A stretch of 64,000 nucleotides of DNA from Candidatus Borrarchaeum weybense (GCA_019057385.1 JAHQJS010000006.1:160001-224000); one strand, 5' to 3'; counted from the stretch's first letter, positions 35,640 through 46,135 are shown. A program made the numbers and translations. The notes: a model not told the origin generated them from the sequence alone.

Positions 35640-36995
35640 TTAAGCTTTAACTTTTCGTATCAAATATCTTTGGATAAACTTGTAAAAGAAGAAGCTTGCA
35701 GGTGACGCAAATACGCGAAAGATCTTTTGGCCGAGCGGAGCCTTTTCTGGGTATGCCCAATCCCATAAAGTTTTGTTGAAAAGCGTGTCAATTGCACTTG
35801 GAACGGCTATTTTTGCCCAGACACTTAGATCTGCAAATTTATTAATAGCATCCAAATTGAAATACTTGTCTTGATTCTCAAAACTCATCTTTTTCAAAAG
35901 GTCAATTCGTCTTTCAATTCTAGCAATGTATAATTCTAATTGCTCAATTGTTTGTATGTAATCATCATCAGTAAAAACAACTTGTGTTAGTTCTTCTTTT
36001 CTATATTCGCTTAATTCATTATCTTGCAGAAAAATAGGTGTCCGCCAAAGGATACTCTCAAATTTATTCAACTGCAAATACTTATTCCAAACTGTAGTGC
36101 GTTTAAACTTTTTTGCTATCCAATTCCTAAAGAAATAATAATTTTTCTTAAGTTTATACTTGAAATTTCCAATTTCTTTTATTCTCTCCTTCAATCTCCG
36201 GTCAAGGTCAAATATCTGATTCATGTATCTATCTAGGTCTATATCTAAGCCCTTTAACTCATCTGATTCCAAAAAGTAGAATTCGTAATAGCGTTTAGCA
36301 TCAAAGGGAGAATGTGGTCTTAATATCCCAGTTAATCGTCGAAAGAATCTTGCTAAGCCGTCTACGAACAGGTGTATAAAAGTAGACGAGTTGACTATCT
36401 TTGAATATACCTTTTCGAAATGGACACGAGTTGTTAACTCTTCGGGCTTTAATAGTCCCATGGCATGATCTCCTGGTTGGAGAAAAACTTCGCATCCTTT
36501 TACGGCATCTTTTAATGTTTTATGTTTTCCAAGATCGTCTTTCATCAACACTGGAAAGCCGTGCGCGGCGGTATTAAGAAAATAATAGTCTTTTAGACCG
36601 CCTGCTGCTGGAAAAACTTGGAATATTACTCTCTCAAGGTCGCCTGGGTGATCTGCATCTACAACACCTTGTATAGATATGCCTTTTGAGAAAGCGAGAA
36701 ATGTGTACATTACATATCTTTCTTCGACCTTAAGTCCAGGTAATTTTAGGAGAAATCCTATCATTTCTGAAAGGCCCTTAGCTTTCGCCCATTCATGCGT
36801 CATTATTAGATATTTTTGTCGTTCAAGATCGGATTGGATAAATTTGAAAAGGCTAAGTGTGTCACGTTCTTCCACGAGTTTTTCTAGTTGTTTGTACATA
36901 TCATCGTAGGTCGTTTCGTATTTCTCAACGACTGTATCCCTGCTTTTCTCTTCATATCTTAGTTCTCTCTCTGTGATTGCTACTTTCATCTTCAA
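35640..36995 (-). CDS. Hypothetical soluble protein
   Basis: 451-aa ORF with AGGTGA upstream and no recognised motifs. Confidence 0.8.
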   Translation of the reverse strand: MKMKVAITERELRYEEKSRDTVVEKYETTYDDMYKQLEKLVEERDTLSLFKFIQSDLERQKYLIMTHEWAKAKGLSEMIGFLLKLPGLKVEERYVMYTFLAFSKGISIQGVVDADHPGDLERVIFQVFPAAGGLKDYYFLNTAAHGFPVLMKDDLGKHKTLKDAVKGCEVFLQPGDHAMGLLKPEELTTRVHFEKVYSKIVNSSTFIHLFVDGLARFFRRLTGILRPHSPFDAKRYYEFYFLESDELKGLDIDLDRYMNQIFDLDRRLKERIKEIGNFKYKLKKNYYFFRNWIAKKFKRTTVWNKYLQLNKFESILWRTPIFLQDNELSEYRKEELTQVVFTDDDYIQTIEQLELYIARIERRIDLLKKMSFENQDKYFNLDAINKFADLSVWAKIAVPSAIDTLFNKTLWDWAYPEKAPLGQKIFRVFASPASFFFYKFIQRYLIRKVKA

Positions 36996-37237
36996 TTTGT
37001 TTCTTCACCTTTGTACGAACTTATCTTTCTCGTAATGAAAATATGTTCCTTCTAAATAGAACTCAATTAATTATCTATATACTATATTCATCAAGTAATA
37101 AGAACTTACCATATAACCTTAACTTACTTTAATATCGCGTTATTTTACAGCTATATAGCCCATTCATAGTAATTAAATGCTTTTGTGATTTTGAGCGTTT
37201 TTATTGCGTTACTCGATTTAAAATCCTCAAGATGTGC

Positions 37238-37262
37238 CACTTTAAACTGCCAGTTTAAAGTG
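37238..37262. promoter_or_regulatory. Perfect 12-bp inverted repeat (candidate operator) upstream of cdhC
   Basis: CACTTTAAACTG-C-CAGTTTAAAGTG. Confidence 0.55.
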
Positions 37263-37406
37263 ATAGTTTGTGATCGTTTTAAAAGAATTATTCTAAAAGG
37301 TAATCCTTTTAAAAACATGGTAACTATGCAAATCCGTTGATGCTATCAACCACAAAATACATGTATCAAACTAATATAGCATATGGAAGATAAAAATTAT
37401 TTTCTC

Positions 37407-37439
37407 GACTTCTGCTCCCATGCGTAGGAGTCAGAAGTT
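37407..37439 (+). promoter_or_regulatory. Stem-loop in the cdhC 5' leader
   Basis: GACTTCTG-CTCC...GGAG-T-CAGAAGTT, a 12-bp stem with one bulge. Confidence 0.45.
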
Positions 37440-37472
37440 TCCTATTATTAGAGAATCAGAAGAGGTGTAAAA

Positions 37473-38960
37473 ATGAGTTTTGAGGATATGCCCGTTGAGG
37501 TGGGCGTCATCTATGAGGGTGAGCGCGTTCGCAAGGCGCAGATGCTTGTTGAGTTCGGAGGACCGAAGATTGAGCACAAGTACGAACTGTGCCGGGCAAA
37601 AAAGATGGATGAAATAGAGGACATGAAAGTAATCATAGAAGGACCAGATATTTCGGAATTGGAAGAAGGAAAAAGTTATCCCTTTGGAATGGTCATAGAA
37701 GTTGCAGGAGAGCAAGTCGAAGAAGAACTTGAGGGTGTCATTGAACGGCGTATGCACGAATTTTGCAACTATATCCAGGGTTTTATGCATCTAAATCAGC
37801 GTTATGACATTTGGTGTCGTGTATCAAAAGATGCGTTCAAAAAGGGTTTGAATTCTTTCCAGTACATTGGTACAATTCTGATGCGACTTTACAAAGCAGA
37901 ACTATCTATCATTGAGAAATGTCAGATGCGATTTATTACCGATCCGAAGAAAGCAGAGCAGGGCTATGAAGAGGCATTGCAGATCTATGAAGCACGAGAC
38001 GCAAGAGCTAGAGCACTCAGCGATGATGACGTTGAAGAATTCTATGGATGCGTTCTCTGTCAATCTTTTGCACCTAGCCATTGTTGTGTCATCACTCCAC
38101 AAAGAATGGCGTTATGTGGAGCTATTTCATGGTTTGATGCCCGTGCATCTGCAAGAATCGATCCTAAAGGTCCAAACTTCAAAATTGAAAAAGGAGAATG
38201 TCTTGATCCGATCAAAGGTGAATATACTGGGGCAAATGAGGCAGTGAAAGAAAAGTCGCTCGGAGAGGTAGAGCGAGTCTATTTGCATACAATCTTCGAA
38301 TATCCTCACACGAGTTGCGGCTGTTTCGAAGCTATCGCGTTCTACATCCCAGAAGTCGATGGAATCGCACTTGCTCACAGAGATTTTCGTGGACCAACCG
38401 TCAACGGTTTAGCCTTTTCAACAATGGCGACATCTGTTGGTGGAGGTCTCCAGACTGAAGGTTTTCTTGGAATCTCTATTGAATACATGCGGTCACCTAA
38501 GTTTCTCCAAGCAGATGGAGGATGGTCGCGTGTTGTATGGGCGCCCGCAGACATAAAAGAGCGTGTAAAGGACGGAATACCAGAAGAACTCTTTGACAAA
38601 GTAGCAACAGAAAATGATGCAATGGCCGTAGAAGACCTAGAAGCATTTTTGAAAGAGAAACAGCACCCAGTAGTTGAAAAATGGGTTGAAGAAGCAATCG
38701 AAGAAGCGCCAGAAATACCGGCAGAAGCAGCAGCACCAACTCCTGAGATGCAATATAAAATGCCTCAGCCGATGCAAGTTCCTCAGATGAACGTGCCGAT
38801 CACAGCAATGCCTGGAATGGGTGGCATCCAACTTCAAGGATTTATCTCTCTCCCAGGATTAGTTCCACCAGGCGGCGGCGAAGATAAAATCACCTTAGTC
38901 TTGAAAGGCGTCAAGATTTTTGCAGAGAAAGCGTATATTAAACGAGAAAAGAAGGGATGA
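37473..38960 (+). CDS. cdhC: Acetyl-CoA decarbonylase/synthase beta subunit
   Basis: YEGERVRK, HLNQRYDIW, CQSFAPSH, CGAISW, HTSCGCFE, ADGGW.RVVW. Confidence 0.96.
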   Translation: MSFEDMPVEVGVIYEGERVRKAQMLVEFGGPKIEHKYELCRAKKMDEIEDMKVIIEGPDISELEEGKSYPFGMVIEVAGEQVEEELEGVIERRMHEFCNYIQGFMHLNQRYDIWCRVSKDAFKKGLNSFQYIGTILMRLYKAELSIIEKCQMRFITDPKKAEQGYEEALQIYEARDARARALSDDDVEEFYGCVLCQSFAPSHCCVITPQRMALCGAISWFDARASARIDPKGPNFKIEKGECLDPIKGEYTGANEAVKEKSLGEVERVYLHTIFEYPHTSCGCFEAIAFYIPEVDGIALAHRDFRGPTVNGLAFSTMATSVGGGLQTEGFLGISIEYMRSPKFLQADGGWSRVVWAPADIKERVKDGIPEELFDKVATENDAMAVEDLEAFLKEKQHPVVEKWVEEAIEEAPEIPAEAAAPTPEMQYKMPQPMQVPQMNVPITAMPGMGGIQLQGFISLPGLVPPGGGEDKITLVLKGVKIFAEKAYIKREKKG

Positions 38961-38964
38961 TAAA

Positions 38965-40203
38965 ATGGCAAGCACATCGTTAGAAGAACTACTCGCACTT
39001 CTAGGTAAAGTTGAAGAGATTGAACTGGAAAACGTTAAACTTGAGGCAGATGAGTTAATTCTATCGCTTGCAACGCGTATGCTTCTCCCTTCGGCAACGA
39101 AATCTCCCGTACAAATGCCTATAGTACCTCAGCAGGCTATGCTTAAACCAGAACTTGAAAAACCTAGATTGCCAGAATTTCAGGAGATAGAGTTTGAGCC
39201 TCCTGCTATAGAGTATCCCGGGGAGGTTGTTGAGGTTCAAATTGGTGCAACAAAATCAGAAGGTGGCACCCGCGACTATTCAGTAAAACTTGGCGGACAA
39301 AACATCATGCCCTTCTATAAATGGTTACGCGAAACACCTAATCCTCCCGTCGTTAGCTTAGACGTGTTCGATATGCCTATCACACTCGCTAAGGCTGTTC
39401 GCACGCATATAGATGACGTCATAGAAGATCCTGGGGAATGGGCAAAAAGATGCGTTGATAAGTTCAACGCTGATATGGTTACAATACATTTGATATCAAC
39501 AGATCCTTATCTACAGGACACATCTGCAAAAGATGCTGCAAAAACAGTCGAAGAGGTACTTCAGGCTGTGAAGTGTCCAATAATTATTGGAGGATCTGGA
39601 AATAAAGATAAAGATCCAGAAGTATTAACAAGGGCGGCAGAAGTTGCAGATGGAGAAGCAGTATTACTTAATTCAGCTGATATGCATATCTATAAACCCG
39701 TTGTAGATGCTGCAAAGAAATATGGTCATGTCGTGCTTAGTTGGACGCAGATGGAAATAAACGATCAGAGAAAACTTAATACACTAATAATGGAGGAAGG
39801 ATTTCCTAGAGAAAGAATGATTATCGACCCAACAACCGCATCATTGGGATACGGTTTGGAGTATACCTACTCGATCATGGAGCGAGTAAAACTTGCGGCA
39901 CTTAAAGGTGATGAGATACTTCAGATGCCCATATCTTCTGGAACTACAAATGCATGGGGTGCTCGAGAAGCGTGGTTAAGTGACAAAAAATGCGCGCAGT
40001 TCGGCTTGCCATGGGGCTCACGGGATTTGAGAGGACCACTATGGGAGACATTGAGTGCTATGTCCGTGATGCTGGCGGGAGCTGACCTGCTAATGATGAT
40101 GCATCCAGGTGCAGTTGCAGGGTTCAAGGAACTCGTGAAAGCATTCTTAGATACAACAGAGAGGGATTTGCCGCCAATCGGCGAATGGATAACAATGAAA
40201 TGA
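38965..40203 (+). CDS. cdhD: Corrinoid Fe-S protein small (delta) subunit
   Basis: IGATKSEGGTR, HLISTDP, GGSGN..KDP, DPTT..LGYG, NAWGAREAW, MMMHP. ATG at 38965. Confidence 0.95.
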   Translation: MASTSLEELLALLGKVEEIELENVKLEADELILSLATRMLLPSATKSPVQMPIVPQQAMLKPELEKPRLPEFQEIEFEPPAIEYPGEVVEVQIGATKSEGGTRDYSVKLGGQNIMPFYKWLRETPNPPVVSLDVFDMPITLAKAVRTHIDDVIEDPGEWAKRCVDKFNADMVTIHLISTDPYLQDTSAKDAAKTVEEVLQAVKCPIIIGGSGNKDKDPEVLTRAAEVADGEAVLLNSADMHIYKPVVDAAKKYGHVVLSWTQMEINDQRKLNTLIMEEGFPRERMIIDPTTASLGYGLEYTYSIMERVKLAALKGDEILQMPISSGTTNAWGAREAWLSDKKCAQFGLPWGSRDLRGPLWETLSAMSVMLAGADLLMMMHPGAVAGFKELVKAFLDTTERDLPPIGEWITMK

Positions 40204-40218
40204 AGTGAGGGATGAAGA

Positions 40219-41631
40219 ATGAGCAAGAGATTAAAACCGCTGGATATTTTCAAATACCTTCCAAAAACGAATTGCAAAATTTGTGGCGAAGAGACGTGCA
40301 TGGCATTTGCCATGAAACTCATCGAACGCGGAGTAGAATTAAAAGATTGCACACCACTATTCGAAGAGCCAAATTATCAAGAAAATAAGGATACTTTGAT
40401 AGCAATACTTCGACCTCCAGTTCAACCTGTTAGAATCGGTACTGGTGAGAAGTCAGTTATTATTGGAGGAGAAGAGGTCGTATATCGTCATCAATTAACA
40501 TTTTACAACGAAACAAAATTCTTTGTAGATGTTCATGACGAAATGGAGAATAAAGAACTGACTGAGCGTGTGAAATTTGTTGATGAATATAAATTGTTTA
40601 GAATTGGTGAATATCTGAACCTCAATGGGATCGCAGTACGCTCCGTTTCAAAAGATCCTACTAAATTTGCAAATGCTATCAAAGAGGTACTCAAACTAAC
40701 AAAGATGCCTATTATGTTGTGCAGTTTTGACCCTAAAGTAATGAAAGCAGGTTTAGAAGCTGCAAAGGACAGACTTCCTCTTATATACGCCGCCACATTA
40801 GCAAATTGGAAAGACATGGCACAATTAGCACGTGAATATAATTGTCCCCTAGCAGTCTTTTCTACCGATCTAACCATGTTACAGTCCGTAGTAGTCGCAC
40901 TTCGCAAAACTGGACTTGATGATCTCGTACTTGACCCTGGTACTTACGGTGGCGAGAATATAGGTCGTACGTTAAATAATTTCACTATGCTTAGAGTGGC
41001 AGCGATTCAAGCTAGTAACGAAAACGTTGGACATCCATTAATAGCAGTCCCAGCTACAGTGTACTTAGAAGCCGATAAAGGTGTTGAAACAGCATGGAAT
41101 GAAACGATTGTAGGAGCAATGTTAATTAATAGATTCGCAAGCTTGATGGTTATTCATAATATTGAACTTTGGTCTCACCTAGCACTTCAAACCCTAAGAC
41201 AATCTATCTATCAAGACCCACGAATACATCCTTCAGTAGAACCTGGTCTAACTGTAATTGGTAACCCCGATGAAAACAGTCCTGTTTTCTTGACGACGAA
41301 CTTTGCGCTTACTTTCTACACAGTAAAATCAGATCTTGAGCAGGCTAAGATAGATAGTTGGTTGTTAGCGGTAGATACTGAAGGGATTGGTGTTGAGAGT
41401 GCGGTGGCAGGCGGACAACTCAGTGCAGAAAAGGTAGCTGACCTATTTAAAGACACGGGTATCGAGGACAAAGTCAAACACAGAAAAGTTATCATTCCAG
41501 GAATGGCTTCGCGAATTAGCGGAGAAACTGAAGATGCTACAGGAGGCTGGACGGTTTTAGTAGGACCGCGTGATTCCAGTGGTATTCAGAAGTTTTTGAA
41601 GGAAAAATGGACCGCTGAAGCTACCGCCTAA
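40219..41631 (+). CDS. cdhE: Corrinoid Fe-S protein large (gamma) subunit
   Basis: LPKTNCK.CG..TCMAFA, GGEEV.YRH, TTNFALT, VGPRDSS. Confidence 0.96.
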   Translation: MSKRLKPLDIFKYLPKTNCKICGEETCMAFAMKLIERGVELKDCTPLFEEPNYQENKDTLIAILRPPVQPVRIGTGEKSVIIGGEEVVYRHQLTFYNETKFFVDVHDEMENKELTERVKFVDEYKLFRIGEYLNLNGIAVRSVSKDPTKFANAIKEVLKLTKMPIMLCSFDPKVMKAGLEAAKDRLPLIYAATLANWKDMAQLAREYNCPLAVFSTDLTMLQSVVVALRKTGLDDLVLDPGTYGGENIGRTLNNFTMLRVAAIQASNENVGHPLIAVPATVYLEADKGVETAWNETIVGAMLINRFASLMVIHNIELWSHLALQTLRQSIYQDPRIHPSVEPGLTVIGNPDENSPVFLTTNFALTFYTVKSDLEQAKIDSWLLAVDTEGIGVESAVAGGQLSAEKVADLFKDTGIEDKVKHRKVIIPGMASRISGETEDATGGWTVLVGPRDSSGIQKFLKEKWTAEATA

Positions 41632-41655
41632 TTTCTTTTCTCTTTTCTTTTTTTA
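41632..41655 (+). terminator. Oligo-T archaeal terminator after cdhE
   Basis: TTTCTTTTCTCTTTTCTTTTTTT immediately after the TAA. Confidence 0.6.
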
Positions 41656-41656
41656 T

Positions 41657-41704
41657 AGGAAACGGCACAAGAAAGCCTCACAGCTTGAGCCTGAGGTAGT
41701 TCAC
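41657..41704 (+). mobile_element. 48-bp single-hairpin IS200/IS605-type remnant
   Basis: TTTAT target-like sequence at 41652-56, AAAG at +16..+19, CCTCA...TGAGG hairpin, GTAGTTCAC end shared with the 49278-49456 element. Confidence 0.55.
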
Positions 41705-41710
41705 TTTGCT

Positions 41711-43048
41711 CTATTTGAATTCATCTAGGCTCAATTGTCGAGTTGTTTCTTTTTTAAGCGGTGGAGGGACATAATCAAGTACTTCATTCTTGTTAGACCT
41801 TCCCTCCAGCAGTAAGCGACCATATTCCCCATCATATCCTGGAGAAATATGTAATTGATTTAGACGCGTTTTTAAAATTGTATTTGCAATGTCTGCTGTG
41901 GTAACTTCAAGTAATTCTTCTAGAGAACTATTTAATAGAACTTCAAACTCGTTACCGAATGCATATATTAGTTTTTGATATTCTGACCATACACTTTTAG
42001 CATAAATTGTAGCAATATCTTTGGCTACAGCAATGATTTCTGAAAGTGGAATTAACGTCTTAAAATCTTGTTTCTTTTCTGGTTTATATCCTTCTTCTCG
42101 ATCTGCAAGTTCTTCTATTCGATGAAGAACTCCAACTGTGAAAGGTTTATTACAAATTGGACAAAGGCAATTATTTCGCTCAATAGCATAATTAGGGTGC
42201 ATTCTGACACCATATTCATGTTCATTTTTGTTTCCATCTTTGTAATAAATCCGTCCTTTTCTATGACCATCATAATGGTATTTTCCATAAGCAGGATTAA
42301 CTTCTATAGTCATTGGAAATTCTAGGATATTTTTATTTCTTATAGCATTAATCAAATTTGTATAAGTCAATTCATTTAAGTTGAAAACATTGGCTTCTCT
42401 TCCGATACGCCAGGGCCAAGGTGAGTGACAGTCGCTATTGCTAACGAATATGTATTTATCTAAAGCTGAAATCCTCCAATTCATAGCCAAATCAGAAGAA
42501 AGACCTGTTTCAAGCGCATGAATTTCATCAATTTTGTCTTGATAACATTCTTCTAGGGAATTAAAGCCACGTGCTCCTAAAACAGAAAAATAAGTTGTCC
42601 AAATATGAGCAGGAATGCATTCGATCTCTTTATCAGTTTCTTTCATTATTTCAAGTAGTTCAGCAGGAGTCATCCTTAAATCTGGGCGACCATCACTAGA
42701 CAGCTTCCCATATTTGGATAGAACATCATTTAATTGTATAGCAGCATCAAAACTTGGGACAAGTAAATGTTGGTGAATCTGCTTGCTTTTTCCTTCATAC
42801 TCAAAAATAGTATTGACTTCTCCAGTTAAGATAAAATTCATACTATTATATGAGAATAATTTACTGCCTTCGAGTGGAGTCAATTTTTCTCTTAATTCTG
42901 CAAGCCAATTAGGATGAGTAATGTCTCCTGTTCCAATTAAGTCTAGTCCTTTAAGAGGTCCGTAATGGGCTAAATTCTCCAAATCCATTTTTTTTGAAGT
43001 ACCGCCAGAATATTTCGAATGAACATGAAAATCGACAAAGAAAACCAA
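41711..43048 (-). CDS. endoQ: Endonuclease Q family (PHP domain) protein
   Basis: D.H.HSKYS, GTGD..HP, PAHIWT, ETGLSSD, NSD.HS, GREAN, GKYH.DGHR, CPIC, PGYDGEYG, and a C-terminal PIP-like QLSLDEF. Confidence 0.88.
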   Translation of the reverse strand: MVFFVDFHVHSKYSGGTSKKMDLENLAHYGPLKGLDLIGTGDITHPNWLAELREKLTPLEGSKLFSYNSMNFILTGEVNTIFEYEGKSKQIHQHLLVPSFDAAIQLNDVLSKYGKLSSDGRPDLRMTPAELLEIMKETDKEIECIPAHIWTTYFSVLGARGFNSLEECYQDKIDEIHALETGLSSDLAMNWRISALDKYIFVSNSDCHSPWPWRIGREANVFNLNELTYTNLINAIRNKNILEFPMTIEVNPAYGKYHYDGHRKGRIYYKDGNKNEHEYGVRMHPNYAIERNNCLCPICNKPFTVGVLHRIEELADREEGYKPEKKQDFKTLIPLSEIIAVAKDIATIYAKSVWSEYQKLIYAFGNEFEVLLNSSLEELLEVTTADIANTILKTRLNQLHISPGYDGEYGRLLLEGRSNKNEVLDYVPPPLKKETTRQLSLDEFK

Positions 43049-43116
43049 ATAAAGATCGCTCCATGCAATTGTATTATATATTCTTCGTTGTTTGGGGTCT
43101 TTTGTTTAAATTTTTT

Positions 43117-45237
43117 TCACGAAGGATATTCTAATTTATTTTCGAGATCAAATTTGAAATACACAAAACAACAGCTCAAGATTGCGATAATAGAAACAGA
43201 AAATGGAACGATTCGTTGCCAAAGTGGATATTTATAGAATAACAGAATTTCAAATGCCATATTTTCAGAATCTATGGACAATTCAATAAATCCAATTTCA
43301 CTCATTTTGATTTCGACAAGATTTTCAGTAGTCTCAACTTGCCAATAGGGAAAATACACTTCTTTAACAAGGAGTTCTATTCGGGGAGTATTTTTTGTTA
43401 CTTTAATCAAGATCTTATCTGGATCTGGCCGTTCATAAGTTATTTCAGCATGACCTATTTTTACATCTATGAATGACACATTAAAGTTTGCTTCATAGAG
43501 ATAGAGTGAATCAATATTTAGTATAAGGTGAAATTGATGTGCTTGAAGCAACTGGAGTTTTTCTTCTGATCCGATTAACACCCATTTTATCCCGTAAAGA
43601 GAAGCTCGTTCAAGTAAATATTCGTAAACCCATTCTTCTGAAGGGACAAGATCATTGATGGTATATGATGTAAGATTCTGAAAAGGATGGAGAAACCGTG
43701 CTTGCGGGAACCAACCATCTAATAAGGGTTTATCAGTGTAATATGGGAGAGAATAGATCCAAGAGGGGCTTTTTATTGAGAGAATTCGTCCATATGCCTC
43801 AGAGTCTCTTAAATATGTGATAAGCTGTTGTGGGATCTCTTGGTTCTTTTGAAATATATCTTCAGCATAAAGTGTTCCTCCTTGTCCATACCTTGGTTGA
43901 ATAAATGGTACTATAAAAGAAAAGATGATTAGAGATAGGAGTAAAGATGATACAAGCCTATTTGAGAATGAAATAGTATGGTAATTATCCTTGAAGAAGG
44001 TCACAAGAAAGAGGAACATTCGAGCCCCCAGCAACGAAACTGGTATAGAAGCATAGAGCATAAATCGTAAAATATCTAAATTTTGATTTAAAGGAAAAAT
44101 CGAGAAAAGAATCGCACGAGGACCTAATGTCAGCCAGAAGAATAATACAAACCAACTAAAGCAAAAAATCATGTTTATATCAAAGGTAAACTGAGATTTT
44201 GTGAATTGAGGGGAAATATAGATAAAAAGTATGAGAGTTACGCAAATAAGCAGAAGCAACATGTGCTTTATGGTAACAATAAACCCATTGTTTAAAAAAG
44301 CGTAAAACGTGTAGGAAATAATAATCGCAAAAAATACTAAAGCAAACACTATTCTGATTCTTTTATCTTTTTTTGAAGGTAATATGCTATATAAGACCAA
44401 AAAAAATAACACTGCGCTCAGTAAGATGTGAGATAAGCCAATTATCGAAATATAAAATCTAAGAAGTACTTTAAGTGATAGAATAGGTGCTGAAGGATTC
44501 AAGAAATTACCATAATAGTTGATATTTACAATGAATGGTATAATCCATACTGCAGCAATTGCCAAAGCTGCCAGTGTCACCAAAGATAAGAGTTTAACAA
44601 TTATAAGATTGCGAGAATATACAACTTCGAATATTGAAAACATGCACAGTAAGAAAAATCCGATAAACGCACTTAAATGATGTATAAGAATTAAGGATCC
44701 CAGTAGAAGACCTGGAATCACAAAAGAGCCATTCTTTTTGTATGAATGAATAAATTTTCCTAAAGTAAGACATACTAAAGGAAACGCTACAACATTCGGA
44801 AATCTACCGTAATATAATAAATTCATAATGAAAACTGGAGACAGTCCTAAAAGAAAAGCGGCTAAAATTGATTCATTCTCATTAAAACTTAGATTTTTTG
44901 CAAGATAATAGGCACAAAAAGGTGTTGAAGAAAAGAAGATAATAGAGAGAATTTTGAAAGAAAGAAGTGCTGATGAGCCTGTTGATAAACTTGCTGATAA
45001 ATAATAACTTGCTGGAGGATAATAAAGAAGAAATGGATACCCTGCATACCAGGCGTGACACCAAGGTTTTAAAAGACCATATCTAGAGAGATATAGAATC
45101 TTAAATATATGTGAATTGGTATCAACACCACCTGGAATACCAGGGGGGAGTATCCAGGATGCTATTGCAAAGAAATAGAGAGAAATAAAAAAAAGCCAGT
45201 AATGACATTTTTCTAGTTGAATAAATCTGGTCCTCAT
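43117..45237 (-). CDS. Polytopic GT-C-fold membrane protein (PTPS-related membrane domain)
   Basis: D...H, W...WYAGYP.L.YYPP, many TM helices, soluble C-terminal domain and a final TM helix. Confidence 0.75.
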   Translation of the reverse strand: MRTRFIQLEKCHYWLFFISLYFFAIASWILPPGIPGGVDTNSHIFKILYLSRYGLLKPWCHAWYAGYPFLLYYPPASYYLSASLSTGSSALLSFKILSIIFFSSTPFCAYYLAKNLSFNENESILAAFLLGLSPVFIMNLLYYGRFPNVVAFPLVCLTLGKFIHSYKKNGSFVIPGLLLGSLILIHHLSAFIGFFLLCMFSIFEVVYSRNLIIVKLLSLVTLAALAIAAVWIIPFIVNINYYGNFLNPSAPILSLKVLLRFYISIIGLSHILLSAVLFFLVLYSILPSKKDKRIRIVFALVFFAIIISYTFYAFLNNGFIVTIKHMLLLLICVTLILFIYISPQFTKSQFTFDINMIFCFSWFVLFFWLTLGPRAILFSIFPLNQNLDILRFMLYASIPVSLLGARMFLFLVTFFKDNYHTISFSNRLVSSLLLSLIIFSFIVPFIQPRYGQGGTLYAEDIFQKNQEIPQQLITYLRDSEAYGRILSIKSPSWIYSLPYYTDKPLLDGWFPQARFLHPFQNLTSYTINDLVPSEEWVYEYLLERASLYGIKWVLIGSEEKLQLLQAHQFHLILNIDSLYLYEANFNVSFIDVKIGHAEITYERPDPDKILIKVTKNTPRIELLVKEVYFPYWQVETTENLVEIKMSEIGFIELSIDSENMAFEILLFYKYPLWQRIVPFSVSIIAILSCCFVYFKFDLENKLEYPS

Positions 45238-45280
45238 TTAATAAGGCCTCTCTCTCATTTAAGGAAAATTCTTGAGTAAG

Positions 45281-46018
45281 TTATAAACGTAACTTTTTGA
45301 ATCTAACTCTCAGCACCGTTAAAAAAAAGCCCAAAATGTCATTTAATCCAAGTTTTGACTCCCCGATACGACGATCTATAAAGGTAATTGGCACTTCTTT
45401 CACTTTAAATCTATTTCTCAAGGTTTCTACTAACATGTCAAGTTGAAAAGCATAGCCTGAGCTTTTTACAGCGGACATATCAATTTTATTCAGGACTTTA
45501 GCACGATAGGCCCTGTATCCACTTGTAACATCTTTTGCAAATCTATTTATTTGCAGTATTAATGCTGCTAAAGTATTGGCACCCTTCGAGACCATTTTAC
45601 GGTAAATTCCCCAGCCTACAATGTTTCCACCCACGATGTAGCGCGAGCCAATAGCTAGATCATAACCTTTAAGTACTGCATCTACAAGTCTTGGAATGTC
45701 TCGCGGATTATGCGAGTGATCAGCGTCCATTTCCATGGCAATTTTGCCAGATGCCTTTTTGAATCCCGCTTTATACGCTGATCCAAGGCCAGACTTAACT
45801 TTTCGGTGGATTACCGTAATATTTGGGAATTTTTTTGCTAAAGTGTCCGCAAGCTCTCCAGTTCCATCCGGACTATTATCATCAACAATAATTAGTTCAC
45901 CATGAAGATCATTCTCCTTAAAAACGTCAATTATCTTTGGAACAAGAGTTTCAATGTTCTCTCGCTCGTTGTACGTGGGTAAAACAATTGAAACTAACGG
46001 ATTCTCACGATCATTCAT
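45281..46018 (-). CDS. Polyprenol-phosphate mannose synthase (DPM1-like GT2)
   Basis: LPTYNEREN, VDDNSPDGT, GLGSAY, MDAD.SH.P, GSRY, D.TSGYR, F.DR..GESK. Confidence 0.92.
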   Translation of the reverse strand: MNDRENPLVSIVLPTYNERENIETLVPKIIDVFKENDLHGELIIVDDNSPDGTGELADTLAKKFPNITVIHRKVKSGLGSAYKAGFKKASGKIAMEMDADHSHNPRDIPRLVDAVLKGYDLAIGSRYIVGGNIVGWGIYRKMVSKGANTLAALILQINRFAKDVTSGYRAYRAKVLNKIDMSAVKSSGYAFQLDMLVETLRNRFKVKEVPITFIDRRIGESKLGLNDILGFFLTVLRVRFKKLRL

Positions 46019-46135
46019 GGAACTATCACTTATCGAATCTATGCTCTAATCATATTTCATTGAAGAAGAAAATAAACACTAGAGAACTAATTACAAGTAT
46101 GCAAAATTTAAAGTTTGCCACGTATTTCGAAAAGC

